Assembly: GCA_005882895.1 (NCBI GenBank)
Contig: VBBD01000009.1
Coordinates: forward strand, 7,648-71,647
Source: Candidatus Bathyarchaeota archaeon
GTDB lineage: Archaea > Thermoproteota > Bathyarchaeia > 40CM-2-53-6
Length of the DNA stretch: 64,000 nucleotides
Direction of reading: 5' to 3'
Position numbers and translations under genes: made by a program
Notes under the pieces: generated by a model
Seen by the model: only the letters and a program-made list of their open reading frames with translations
What the model was told of the DNA's origin: nothing
Databases searched by the model: none
Shown here: positions 47,885-57,840 of the stretch, one piece after another
Layout of the letters: each line of letters opens with the position of its first letter
Numbering within the stretch: the stretch's first letter is position 1

Positions 47885-48664
47885 TCAGGATCCGGTGGTA
47901 TAGAGGAATATCTTGCCTACAATCTTCTCTCCTGCTTTTGAGGCGTGGCTGGATGATGCTATGTTGGACTCCGATATCTCGTTGATTAGGGTGTGGACAT
48001 GCCTTGATTTGAGATAGATGAGCCTAGCTTGCAGATTGTCTCTCATTATGCCCATTCTCCTGAATTGTGGTTCAACGTAGAGGCCGTGGGACCTTGCCAT
48101 TCCGTCTACAATAGTCATCCATGCCATCCCAACGATCTTATTTGCTATTCTGACAACGAAGCATTTTTCCCCATTTCTTAGGGCAACGCTGATCCATTTC
48201 CTATTTGTCTCAGGCTGCGTGAGGGTCATGAAGCGTTCTATTTCTTCGACATTATGATTCATGCTGACATCGTGTTTGAATCTGTGATTCAGAGGAGCCT
48301 TGTCTACGTCGAGTTGCCAGATGTTCCAGATTTCCTTCGGATGCTCGGCTGCCTCATACTCTGAGAAGATGTAACTGGAAGGCTTTAACGGATAGAAGTG
48401 GTCGAATACTTCCCTGGATTTTGTAAAGATGGTTCCCGATGCTTCATAGCCATCGTATATGAACAGGCCATTCTTGAGTCCCTCGGGACTCTCGTAGACG
48501 TAGACTTCCCCGTCGGCTTCGAGAGCCTCTTTGGCCTCGTGATGGAGGATTGGGTCAAAGAAGGATAGGCCCTTCGGTAGATCACCTAATTGCGCTATGG
48601 ATTTTACCTCTGACATCAGAGGGCTGCTGCTGTTTTTCACTAGTCTCTTCCCAACGTCATGCAA
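47885..48664 (-). CDS. GNAT-family acetyltransferase with about 110-aa N-terminal extension
   Basis: The C-terminus 'VGMAWMTIVDGMARSHGLYVEPQFRRMGI' is the GNAT motif A. Confidence 0.55.
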   Translation of the reverse strand: MHDVGKRLVKNSSSPLMSEVKSIAQLGDLPKGLSFFDPILHHEAKEALEADGEVYVYESPEGLKNGLFIYDGYEASGTIFTKSREVFDHFYPLKPSSYIFSEYEAAEHPKEIWNIWQLDVDKAPLNHRFKHDVSMNHNVEEIERFMTLTQPETNRKWISVALRNGEKCFVVRIANKIVGMAWMTIVDGMARSHGLYVEPQFRRMGIMRDNLQARLIYLKSRHVHTLINEISESNIASSSHASKAGEKIVGKIFLYTTGS

Positions 48665-48706
48665 TTTTCATTTGCTATCATCGTGTTGCGTAGATGCGTC
48701 ATGAGT

Positions 48707-49897
48707 CTACCAATCAAGGATCGTGAATGTCTTGGTTAGTTTCTCTTCTCCAAGGATGTTGCCTATGACCAGTTCAAGGCTGTCTCGGCTGCGGTGGAGG
48801 TCTACAACCTCATCATCTTTCAGAGCATCCTTCAGGAGGTACTCGAACTGGGTCTTACGCTCAGTAATGTTGCCGAACCGCCTGACCCGCTCCCTTTCTA
48901 TCTGTTCATACGCATAGATGAATTCGTACAGAGACCTGTATATCTGATGTTCCATCTTCTCCTCGATGTTGAATTCCAGGTCAGCCCTGTCCCTCCCCCC
49001 AATCGTTATCGCCTGTAGCCCTTCCAGGTCCGCCCAGAAGATTGTACCGTCTGGAGCCAGTACCGCATCCTTGTCGAGCCACACATCGTAAAAGTCCAAT
49101 CCACTGTATGTTCCATTGCCATTGTCGCTCATAGACCTAACGAACAAGGTGAGGATAGCAATTCCGCTCTTGACGAAGTTCTTCAGGAAGCACATCGCTT
49201 TGTCGTTTTCGTTGATGCGGAAGAAGTCAAAGAGTTCCCCGGTATTGTTCCCGATGGTCCAGTCTGATTGGAAGTAGATCCTGATGTTGGACGGGATTAG
49301 CCTTGTCTCCTGAACCATTGCTTGCCTGAACCTCCTGTACCAATACACCTGGGTGACCTCTTTTTGGAGGGCTTCTGGCAGCTTGACAATCTTCACCAAT
49401 GGCGCAATCCTGAACCCGTGAATGGATGTGGTGCCAGGATCCGACATCTCGGTTGCCTTCATGGCAATTGAAGCAAATTCCAACCCTTGGGATCCATAGG
49501 GGCATCCCCTCGACCATAACTCCCCCGTAAGATACCTCGGGAATTTCATCTCTTTCTCCTCGGCATTTGTGATCCTTTTCTTCGTGGGACCGCTCTTGAG
49601 GAGGCTGCAAATCTCCTCCTTCTTGAGGAGCTGACGGCTGAACGGGCTCGTTGTCGACCCTATTCCCTTGACTGAGAAATAGAAATCGGTTCCGTCAATT
49701 GTCATGTAGGGCTGTCTAGCAACGGCGCTCCTGTTGTCATCTATCAAGAGCTCTTTGGTTCCTATCGGGTCCACGTTAGAGAACGGCTTTACACTATCAG
49801 GGAGGTATATCCTCTCGAAGTCCGGCATCGGAAAACGTCTGAAGTACTTGTTTGTGATCGTCGAAGATCCGTCGTAGACATTGAGATTGATGGGCAT
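48707..49897 (-). CDS. Hypothetical 396-aa protein (no confident family)
   Basis: Long ORF with no competing frame. No diagnostic motif. 'DFYDVWLDKD...IFWADLEGL' is vaguely kinase-like but unsupported. Confidence 0.45.
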   Translation of the reverse strand: MPINLNVYDGSSTITNKYFRRFPMPDFERIYLPDSVKPFSNVDPIGTKELLIDDNRSAVARQPYMTIDGTDFYFSVKGIGSTTSPFSRQLLKKEEICSLLKSGPTKKRITNAEEKEMKFPRYLTGELWSRGCPYGSQGLEFASIAMKATEMSDPGTTSIHGFRIAPLVKIVKLPEALQKEVTQVYWYRRFRQAMVQETRLIPSNIRIYFQSDWTIGNNTGELFDFFRINENDKAMCFLKNFVKSGIAILTLFVRSMSDNGNGTYSGLDFYDVWLDKDAVLAPDGTIFWADLEGLQAITIGGRDRADLEFNIEEKMEHQIYRSLYEFIYAYEQIERERVRRFGNITERKTQFEYLLKDALKDDEVVDLHRSRDSLELVIGNILGEEKLTKTFTILDW

Positions 49898-49964
49898 CCC
49901 TCTAAGGGTGATCGGCGCTGGCTTGGTGATTGCTAATGTCAGAGCTTTTTCCCGCGCTTGAATA

Positions 49965-51020
49965 CTACCGTCTGGGCCCTCCGCAGTATGGGCAAGTATC
50001 TAGCGTGGTTGGAATGAGAGTTCCACAGTACTTGCAGTTCACCTTGGCCACGTCCCTTATCACGACCTGAGGAGGTGGCTTTGAGCCTAGGTCTATTGCA
50101 GATTCCAGAGGCGTTGAAAGCGGTGCTCTGGGGAGGGTGGCTGGACCTAGTGGGTGCTCGGGAATAGTGTCCATGCGTCTCCTTCGTCTTGAAGCATAGA
50201 CTACTATCACCACAGCGAATAGGACAGCTATCAACGCCAAGATGAGGTACGGGGCTAACGCCAAGAGAGTATCAATGGGATTCACAGGGGGAGGATTTGC
50301 TGGTGCCAGATTGTAGCTAGTTGAGGTGACGTAGAGATTATCGGTGTAAGTGAAGCTCCCGGCCTGCCCTTGGTACGAGCCGTTATCCTGCTCGACGTAG
50401 CTGTAGCCTATGATGTATCCGGTTGATGGGTCGAAGTATTCGTACCAGGTGTAGGATGCTGTGAAGAGGCCGTAGGAGTCGTTCCGCTGGTATTGACCCG
50501 TCCCTTTGGTTTGGATGCTCTGAACGTACTTGTTACCTTCCGTGGGTAACTGCAGACTGTAATTCATCGACAACACTGTGAATTGAGTGTTGAGAACATA
50601 GAAGGTGCCCCCGACTGGAAGCGAGGGGTTCATGCCAAACCAAACGTAAATGGGGTTTGTGTAGCCCACCTGATGATCGGTTCCTTTTACGTACGTGAAG
50701 CTGCTTGTTGACCATGTATAACTGCCAGAAGACGAATTCGAGAAAGACAACCCCTGGTTGTTGCTGAACTGTGACGAATAGCTATAGGTGGTTGATACAT
50801 TGCTCCCGCTAATAGAGTTCATCTTCTCCGTCCCCGTTGTCTGGGTTTGGTCCGTGTAGCCGGAGTACGAGTTCTGACCGTTGTTCACAGTCGTCGTTTC
50901 AGAATAGTTGAAGAAGTCGCCGCTCTGCGGTGCGTACGCGGAAACCGAGTTCGCATTCGCTGCAACTGCAAGTGCTATCAGCATTATTGACAGCGCTACG
51001 GCGAAGACTTTGTGGTTCAA
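49965..51020 (-). CDS. Single-pass membrane protein with signal peptide, Ser/Thr/Tyr/Gly-rich extracellular beta domain, TM anchor, and cytoplasmic C-terminal zinc ribbon
   Basis: 'MNHKVFAVALSIMLIALAVAANANS' is a signal peptide. The TM anchor is 'LAPYLILALIAVLFAVVIVVYASRRRRR'. The C-terminus 'CKYCGTLIPTTLDTCPYCGG' is a zinc ribbon. Its ATG overlaps the upstream stop. Confidence 0.55.
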   Translation of the reverse strand: MNHKVFAVALSIMLIALAVAANANSVSAYAPQSGDFFNYSETTTVNNGQNSYSGYTDQTQTTGTEKMNSISGSNVSTTYSYSSQFSNNQGLSFSNSSSGSYTWSTSSFTYVKGTDHQVGYTNPIYVWFGMNPSLPVGGTFYVLNTQFTVLSMNYSLQLPTEGNKYVQSIQTKGTGQYQRNDSYGLFTASYTWYEYFDPSTGYIIGYSYVEQDNGSYQGQAGSFTYTDNLYVTSTSYNLAPANPPPVNPIDTLLALAPYLILALIAVLFAVVIVVYASRRRRRMDTIPEHPLGPATLPRAPLSTPLESAIDLGSKPPPQVVIRDVAKVNCKYCGTLIPTTLDTCPYCGGPRR

Positions 51021-52714
51021 CCTGCGAATCCTCCTACGCCGTGGCTGTGAGCTGGATGGAATCCTCCCATCCCACTGAAGGTTGAATGATAGGATCCGTG
51101 GGCTATGATTACCGGGTAGTACCAGAAAAAGAGTGGATGTGGTCCGTACGTGAACTGCACTGGGGTTTCCGTGATCTTGGCTGTGGGGTCAATCTCCTTT
51201 ACTATCTCGTTTCGAACTCCATGGATCATTCTTACTGCTATGGCTACCAATTCGGACCTTTCTAGGCCTGTAGCATAGCCGTTGAGCAGCGTAACTGCCT
51301 TCTCCATTAGGTCGAGGACCTCATGCGCCTCGAACACGGGTATGGAAGCGAGAATCGCGGCTGCGACTATTGGATACTGTAAGTAGTTCTGCAGCTGTTC
51401 AATGACATACTTCAGCTTCTCTTCCACTTCGTCTGGATTTAGTTCCCCGATTCCCAGGAAGGCCGAAGAGATCTCCGTGTCCTCTGAAGTCGTGTATCCC
51501 CAGGAGTTGAACAACGACCTGAACTGCTGGAATTTGGAACTCAATCCGTCGATTGGAACATTCATGATGGCCAGTATCGAAGCAGCTTCGCTTGATTTGG
51601 TCAGATGTTTAAACTGGGAAAATCGGCCGATGGGATAGGTTCCGTCGAACCTTCGGCCTGCCATGATGGTAGCGGCAACTCCAGCGGATTGTTCTTTCGG
51701 AACACCTTGGTGCCTCAGCTGTTCGTCTAGATTCCTTAGAGTAGCTCCAAGGATTTGGACGTCCTGACTGCTCAGTGCGGCCATGATTTCAGCGGCCATG
51801 AGCTTGTTGGGAAGTGTGGAGTCGAACGTCCGAAGAGCCGACAGGGCCTCAATGAATCTTTGACCTATTTGGGTAGTATTTCCTTGGAGTTTGGCTAGTC
51901 CTATTCCTGTGCTCCATAACAATGATCGGGCTTCAGCCCCATTACCACTATCGCCGTTTTCTGAGTTCTCCAGATCTTCTATCTCAGGAACTTGAGGTCT
52001 GACCCAGCTCACGTATGCAGCAGTCTTGTCGGCTATAGATCGCAACTCTGCGTAGGTTGCCTTGATCTCTGCTGTGAAATCAGGAAACTCGTGGTCGGCT
52101 ACCCTATAGCTCCTGACGCTGAGGTCGTTGAACACAAGTGTTCCGAGACCGGTAAGAGACAGGTATCCTCCATCGTACGCTACCATTCGATCAACCATGG
52201 ACTTCTCCTGGATAAGTTCGTTCACTTTTGCCTCCATCGATATTAGCGCGGATTCCTCGCTGGAAACCGCGGCCGTTTCTTCATGGATCCTTTCCCGCAG
52301 CTCGTCCTCTTTCTCCTTTCCTTCAAGATGGAATAGGAACGAGTGTTCTTTTCGTAGATCCTGTTGTAGGGCTGCTTGAGCTTGCGCCTTTCTAGTCTTC
52401 TCAGTGTCTATCTGTGTGATTATCTGGGACAGTCTGGCAACATCGTTAGCTCTTTTTTCGTAATCATCCTTGGTTACCGTCAGAACGTAGCCGTTTGCCG
52501 ACAAGTATTCTAAATCAGCTGGCGGAACAGGAGTGATGGGTTCTGCCCTGTCATATAACTGGGATAGAAATATCCTGACTTCGGTACACTTCATGATACG
52601 AGCTAGCGATGCGCGAAGCCCTGAGGTCCTTAAGTGATTTGCTGTGTAGGCGAATCTCTCCCGTGCCCATTCGATCCTAGTGCGAGGGTTTAGAAACCAT
52701 TTGTTACTGCCCAA
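51017..52714 (-). CDS. Hypothetical 565-aa protein with N-terminal coiled coil and Gly/His-rich C-terminal tail
   Basis: TTG start. The coiled coil is 'KRANDVARLSQIITQIDTEKTRKAQAQAALQQDLRKE'. The tail is 'HGSYHSTFSGMGGFHPAHSHGVGGFAG'. No recognised domain. Confidence 0.5.
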   Translation of the reverse strand: MGSNKWFLNPRTRIEWARERFAYTANHLRTSGLRASLARIMKCTEVRIFLSQLYDRAEPITPVPPADLEYLSANGYVLTVTKDDYEKRANDVARLSQIITQIDTEKTRKAQAQAALQQDLRKEHSFLFHLEGKEKEDELRERIHEETAAVSSEESALISMEAKVNELIQEKSMVDRMVAYDGGYLSLTGLGTLVFNDLSVRSYRVADHEFPDFTAEIKATYAELRSIADKTAAYVSWVRPQVPEIEDLENSENGDSGNGAEARSLLWSTGIGLAKLQGNTTQIGQRFIEALSALRTFDSTLPNKLMAAEIMAALSSQDVQILGATLRNLDEQLRHQGVPKEQSAGVAATIMAGRRFDGTYPIGRFSQFKHLTKSSEAASILAIMNVPIDGLSSKFQQFRSLFNSWGYTTSEDTEISSAFLGIGELNPDEVEEKLKYVIEQLQNYLQYPIVAAAILASIPVFEAHEVLDLMEKAVTLLNGYATGLERSELVAIAVRMIHGVRNEIVKEIDPTAKITETPVQFTYGPHPLFFWYYPVIIAHGSYHSTFSGMGGFHPAHSHGVGGFAG

Positions 52715-53634
52715 AAAAATCTAGGATCGGGAGTCCAGTCTTCCCCCACAAAATCACTCCGGGGTACCTTGCCAATCCTTCCTTGGTCGAGATTAGGCAT
52801 GTTTTTTCTTCTGTAGTTTTTCCTTCTGCTTAACTATTTTTTTCCGTTAACTAAATCATGACCCCCCCGGGGGTCTGTTTTTCCCGCGCCACGCCCTTCG
52901 TGAAACGCAGAGGACGCCACGTTCACCGGTCGCCGCCGGGCCGGTCATCCTTTGTGGACCGAACCAGTCGTGGAAAACGCCCCATTTTCAGCCCTGATCT
53001 CGAGTCTGAGAGATGCCGAAAATTTTCGTTCGGAAACCGCCCGACAATTAAGCGTCTTGTTCGAGAACGAGGTCAAGCCCAGATCATGCCCTGATCACCC
53101 CGTCTCGCCCGTTATTGGTGCCAGACAGGACATTTTCTCTGGCAAAGGGGGGGTCTTAGCGATCGCGACTCATGACACAAGAGTGGTCGAGGGGAGAATT
53201 CCGAGACCGAAATCGCCCATTACCAGCCCGAATCCCAAATCCAAGCCCGCGATTTCCAGACTATACAATTCCACGCTTATCCCTAGGGGAATACACAGGG
53301 ATCGAAAACAGTCAGTCAAGCCCATAACGCGCCTGTCTCAAAGAAACAAGCCCGAAAACATACGCGGCCAAAAAGAGGATCCTGAAAACAAATTCGTATA
53401 ACTTGTGCAGAAGCCTTGTCCGCGAGAGTGGCTTATCCGAGAATCCCGTGGCCCGGTGCGTTGCAAAAGGCCGTTTCGGATCGTCAGTAGAACGCGGAAC
53501 TGTTACCCCTTCCCACCGCCAATTCACTAGCGCTAGCAGCGAGCATTCTGCCCCAAGCCAGGATCTCCAGCTTGTGCGGAGCCGTGTAAAGCGGGGCAAG
53601 AATATTTAGGGCCTCTTCAACCCCGGAAAGTGTC

Positions 53635-54021
53635 ATGAAGATCAAACTAACGAGCGTATTCGTTAACGACCAGAACAAAGCGCTTGACTTCTACACGAAG
53701 ACCCTGGGTTTCGTCAAGAAAACGGATATCAGCGCGGGCAACTACAGATGGCTAACAGTCGTCTCAGCAGAAGAGCCGAACGGGTCCCAGCTTGTTCTCG
53801 AGCCAAACGCCAACCCCGCCGCAAGAACATACCAGGAATCCATCCTCAAACAAGGCATCCCCGCAACGATGCTCTTCGTCGATGATATCCAGAAAGAGTT
53901 TCAGAGGCTAAAGAAGCTCGGCGTCAAATTCACTATGGAGCCAACAAAAACACCCGGCTCAACCATAGCCCGATTCGACGACACTGTAGGCAATCTGATT
54001 CAGATCACTCAGCTTAGCTAA
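53635..54021 (+). CDS. VOC (glyoxalase/bleomycin-resistance/dioxygenase) family protein
   Basis: 'IKLTSVFVNDQNKALDFYTKTLGFVKK' is a typical VOC beta-alpha-beta-beta-beta N-terminus. 128 aa. Confidence 0.7.
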   Translation: MKIKLTSVFVNDQNKALDFYTKTLGFVKKTDISAGNYRWLTVVSAEEPNGSQLVLEPNANPAARTYQESILKQGIPATMLFVDDIQKEFQRLKKLGVKFTMEPTKTPGSTIARFDDTVGNLIQITQLS

Positions 54022-54111
54022 TCGCCCAGCAGACCTCAGCGTGCTGGTTCGCCCAATTCCACAACACTGTAGGCAATCTGATTCAGGTGCCCTTGGGCGT
54101 GGCCTTATCAC

Positions 54112-54441
54112 TTAGCGTCCACTGTCGAGCTGTCTCTCTAGCTCAGTAAAGAAAGTATTCACATACCAAGCGGTGGTACCCCAGTGCCACTGGTCGAACC
54201 GTATCGCCGCATGAACTCTCGTGGAATTTTCGTCGATTCTAGTCATGTCGATTCGAAATTTTTCCACGGATGGAAATGACATACCAAACTCGCCAAGTGT
54301 GGTGTTTACAACCACTTCATAGTGCCCTGTAGCTTTGTCTGCCTTCTTGATGCCCCATCGGGCTTGTTCAAAGACTGTGCGAGCGGCATTCCAGACCTTG
54401 TCGAACCCGAAGGGAAGCTCTACAGTTTGTTCCTCGTGCAA
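54112..54441 (-). CDS. Hypothetical protein
   Basis: 109-aa ORF. No motif. Confidence 0.35.
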   Translation of the reverse strand: MHEEQTVELPFGFDKVWNAARTVFEQARWGIKKADKATGHYEVVVNTTLGEFGMSFPSVEKFRIDMTRIDENSTRVHAAIRFDQWHWGTTAWYVNTFFTELERQLDSGR

Positions 54442-54596
54442 CGACTGCTAACGTCTCACCTAAGACTATTAGGGTTCAATTCCTGATTCGAACACTGCAC
54501 TCGCTTGAAGGCCACGAAGGATCTAGTTATTAGCTTGCGCTTGCGAGAAGATTTTAGGGATAGTCGAGAAAGGGGCTTGGTTGGCGTATCCATACT

Positions 54597-55250
54597 TTGA
54601 CGAAGATGACCACTCGAGGTGCGGACTCGAAGAGCGATCTCGCGTCTCCCACGAAGCAAGGCGGACAGCTTAAGGCGCGATTCTCAGTCCGGGAGCTCGG
54701 GTCCGCGACGTGGCCCGACTTTGAGCGAATGGTCGAAAAACACAATGGAGTCTGGGGCGGCTGCTGGTGCACCTTCTTTCACCTCACACCCAGTCTGGCG
54801 AAACAGTGGTCGGGGAAGCACAAGGAATACAAAGAGAAACTCGTCCGAGCAAACCAGTCCCACGCCGCGCTCGTCTACGACGGGACAGACGTTGTCGGGT
54901 GGTGTCAGTTCGGACCCCCTCCCGAGCTTCCCGGCCGAATGAGCGGGTACGACACGATGGATGTGGCTCCGCCCGACTGGAGGACTACCTGCTTCTTCGT
55001 CGACCGCGACCACAGACGCGAGGGGGTGGCTAAGAAAGCGTTGGAAGGAGCACTCGGCTTCATCGCCGCGAGAGGGGGCGGAACGGTCGACGGATACCCC
55101 AAGGCACTTCCACGAGGGAAACCATACTCGAGTTCATTCATCTGGGGCGGAACCGAGTCAATGTACGCCGAGCTAGGATTCCGTCCCCTCGGTGCTCTCG
55201 GCACAAGCAATCGCGTTAAGGTGATGCGAAAAGTTGTTCGTGGTCGATGA
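54597..55250 (+). CDS. GNAT-family N-acetyltransferase
   Basis: 'VGWCQF', 'FFVDRDHRREGVAKKALEGAL' (motif A) and 'ELGFRPLG'. Confidence 0.6.
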   Translation: MTKMTTRGADSKSDLASPTKQGGQLKARFSVRELGSATWPDFERMVEKHNGVWGGCWCTFFHLTPSLAKQWSGKHKEYKEKLVRANQSHAALVYDGTDVVGWCQFGPPPELPGRMSGYDTMDVAPPDWRTTCFFVDRDHRREGVAKKALEGALGFIAARGGGTVDGYPKALPRGKPYSSSFIWGGTESMYAELGFRPLGALGTSNRVKVMRKVVRGR

Positions 55251-55336
55251 AGCCCCCATGGGTGGCTACGTGAACATAACGACGAAATAGCCAGGACAAA
55301 TTCCCTCAGCCATCTGAGGCCGAGGACGAGTTCGGT

Positions 55337-55603
55337 TTATCCGGATTTTTCCTCTGCCTTCAAAGCCATGTCTTGTTTGCGCTCAATCTGTTTCTGTTTA
55401 ATCTCCTCGTAGAGGTTGCACCAGTCACGGCCGGAGACGACGAGCTGGTAGATCTTGAGCTTCGGATGAATGCACATCGCCCTATCAAACAGATCAGCGT
55501 TGAGCGGATCGGTCGTGGCAAACCAGATGCAGGACAGACAATTTTGGCTCTGCCACTGTATGCCCTTCAACCGCTTCTGTAGTTCAGACTCAGGTCCCGA
55601 CAT
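55337..55603 (-). CDS. Hypothetical small protein
   Basis: 88 aa, four Cys. No motif. Confidence 0.3.
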   Translation of the reverse strand: MSGPESELQKRLKGIQWQSQNCLSCIWFATTDPLNADLFDRAMCIHPKLKIYQLVVSGRDWCNLYEEIKQKQIERKQDMALKAEEKSG

Positions 55604-55721
55604 GATGTTTCAGCAAGGAATGAACTCGTGAAAAGTAATTAAGCTCTGAAAGAGAATCGAATTCCATGAAAGACTGAAGTACTAAGTCGTCATTCTGATT
55701 TCTCCAGGGCGTAATAAGACG

Positions 55722-56297
55722 ATGTCGCGGCTGGCAGCGACCCTCTTCATATCGTTAGATGGTGTAGTCGAGTCGCCGGAAAAGTGGTCGTTTCCGTACT
55801 GGAACGATGAGATTGGAAAATTCAAGCACGACGAGACCTTCTCCTCAGACGCCCTCCTCTTGGGACGTGTGACATACGAGGGTTTTGCCGCCTCATGGCC
55901 CAGCCGCAAGGACCCCGAAGGGTTCGCAGACCGATTCAATAGCATGCCCAAGCACGTTGCCACCAGGACCCTGAGAAAACTCGAATGGAACAACTCGCAC
56001 GTGCTCAAGGGTGATATTGCAGCCGAGGTCTCAAAGCTAAAACAACAAACCGGCAAGGACATCGTCATTCACGGCTCCCCAGCCCTCATCCGCTCTCTGA
56101 TGCCGCACCACCTCATCGACGAATACAGGCTCCTTGTCTACCCTATCATCCTTGGGCACGGAAAACGCCTCTTTGACGAAACCAGCCAAGCCAATCTCAA
56201 GCTTGTCGAGTCGAAAACGTACGACACCGGAGTCGTCAAATTAGTCTACCACCGCGCGAGCAAGCCAGAAACAGAGACTGTTGCCAAGCTGAAGTAA
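55722..56297 (+). CDS. Dihydrofolate-reductase-like (RibD C-terminal domain / YyaP) family protein
   Basis: 'LAATLFISLDGVVESPEKWSFPYWNDE' and 'DIVIHGSPALIRSLMPHHLIDEYRLLVYPIILGHGKRLF' are the hallmark RibD_C pattern. Confidence 0.75.
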   Translation: MSRLAATLFISLDGVVESPEKWSFPYWNDEIGKFKHDETFSSDALLLGRVTYEGFAASWPSRKDPEGFADRFNSMPKHVATRTLRKLEWNNSHVLKGDIAAEVSKLKQQTGKDIVIHGSPALIRSLMPHHLIDEYRLLVYPIILGHGKRLFDETSQANLKLVESKTYDTGVVKLVYHRASKPETETVAKLK

Positions 56298-56652
56298 GGA
56301 AGCTCGGAATCCTCCTAGGCCAAGAATGGGCCACACTGTAAACCATGGCGGAGCCTATGACGTATCTTCTCCGTTTGAGCATTGGGCGCTTTACAGGCTT
56401 CTCGCCAAACACTTCTGTCTAGAGCAGCCTTCTTGCTATGGAGATACTCCCTAGTCGGCCATCAATCTGAGATTGTAGCGCTGACCAATTATTGCATCGG
56501 AGACTTTCTGATCGTTTCTTCTGCTCGGACACTCTGATAGCAAGTAGGATCGGAGCGGTTCCCGTTGTCAGAAGATGGAGGCTAAGCAGGGACTCGCCTT
56601 GGTTCAAGGAAGGCTATTTTAGTGAAGGGTCGCCTCTTGGTCCTAGATTTAG

Positions 56653-57837
56653 TTGCGTAGGCCGCGTAGGGTCAAGCCGCTGGCTACAATAATCTCCGCG
56701 GGCCTCTCCAAATTCGGACGACGAGAAGGCGTCTACGCCCGGGAGCTATTCGCCGAAGCAGCTCTAGAAGCTTTTCACAGAGTCGAGAAGCTAGACCCTG
56801 GCAAGGATATCAAAGCCGCATTCATCGGACAAATGAGCGAGGCCTACGAGCATCAAGCGCACGACGCCCCGATAGCCGCAAGCTGGGCAGGTCTCTTGCC
56901 TGCACCTGCAACAAGGATCGAAAACGCCTGCGCCTCCTCAGGATCGGCGCTTCGCTGTGGCATAATGGCGATCAAGTCGGGACTGTATGATATCGTATTA
57001 GTTGGGGGCGTTGAAAAGATGACGAATCAGCCTACGCCGGAAGTTACAGGCATACTCGCGACTGCTTCTGATTACCCGTTTGAACAATGGAACGGCATGA
57101 CGTTCCCTGGTCTCTTCGCCCTCATGGCTACAGTGCATATGCATGATTACGGAACGACCGAGGAACAGATGGCTGCGGTGGCGGTCAAGAACCACAAGAA
57201 TGGCGCCCTGAATCCCAAGGCGCACATGCAGAAAGAAGTGTCTCTTGATGAGGTCATGAAATCTCGCATGGTCGCCTGGCCTCTCAAATTGTACGATTGC
57301 TCCCTCATAACAGACGGAGCCAGCTGTCTCATTCTGACTTCACCCAAACTCGCAAAGAAGCTGAGCGACAATTACGTTCACATTATCGGTTCGGGACAGT
57401 CCCAGGACACCTTCTGTCTTCACGAGCGCGATAGCCTCACGACCATCAACGCCGCAAAACAAGCGGCGCAAGAGGCTTACAAGATGGCTGATGTCAAGGC
57501 GAAGGATATCGACGTTGCAGAGGTCCACGATTGTTTCACTATAGCAGAGATAATTGCTTGTGAGGACTTGGGTTTCTGTCGGCCCGGCCAAGGAGGCAAG
57601 TTCGTCGAGAGCGGCGCTTCAAATATCGGTGGCGCCATTCCGATAAACACCAGCGGTGGGCTCAAATCGAAAGGGCATCCCGTAGGCGCCACGGGAACAG
57701 CGCAGGTCCATGAGCTATTCCTACAACTAACGGGACAGGCTGACCGAAGACAGGTTGCGGACGCCGAGATTGCTCTCGCCCATAATCTGGGCGGATCCGG
57801 CGCGACTGGGGTGGTTCACATCTTGAGGGGCGCTTGA
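56653..57837 (+). CDS. Thiolase (archaeal acetoacetyl-CoA thiolase / SCP-x-like)
   Basis: 'ENACASSGSALRCGIMAIKSGLYDIVLVGGVEKMT' has the active Cys in the thiolase context. 'GHPVGATG' occurs near the C-terminus. A DUF35 partner follows. Confidence 0.8.
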   Translation: MRRPRRVKPLATIISAGLSKFGRREGVYARELFAEAALEAFHRVEKLDPGKDIKAAFIGQMSEAYEHQAHDAPIAASWAGLLPAPATRIENACASSGSALRCGIMAIKSGLYDIVLVGGVEKMTNQPTPEVTGILATASDYPFEQWNGMTFPGLFALMATVHMHDYGTTEEQMAAVAVKNHKNGALNPKAHMQKEVSLDEVMKSRMVAWPLKLYDCSLITDGASCLILTSPKLAKKLSDNYVHIIGSGQSQDTFCLHERDSLTTINAAKQAAQEAYKMADVKAKDIDVAEVHDCFTIAEIIACEDLGFCRPGQGGKFVESGASNIGGAIPINTSGGLKSKGHPVGATGTAQVHELFLQLTGQADRRQVADAEIALAHNLGGSGATGVVHILRGA

Positions 57838-57840
57838 GGA

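Noticed and set aside
52970-53400. Possible degenerate CRISPR array suggested by recurring GAAAC / AAGCCC motifs
   Set aside because: The motifs are short, imperfect and irregularly spaced. There is no constant repeat length and no cas genes, so this is not CRISPR.
52952-53401. 149-aa ORF in the long non-coding region
   Set aside because: The translation is Pro/Arg/Ser-rich and low-complexity. Overlapping ORFs exist in other frames. It was treated as non-coding.
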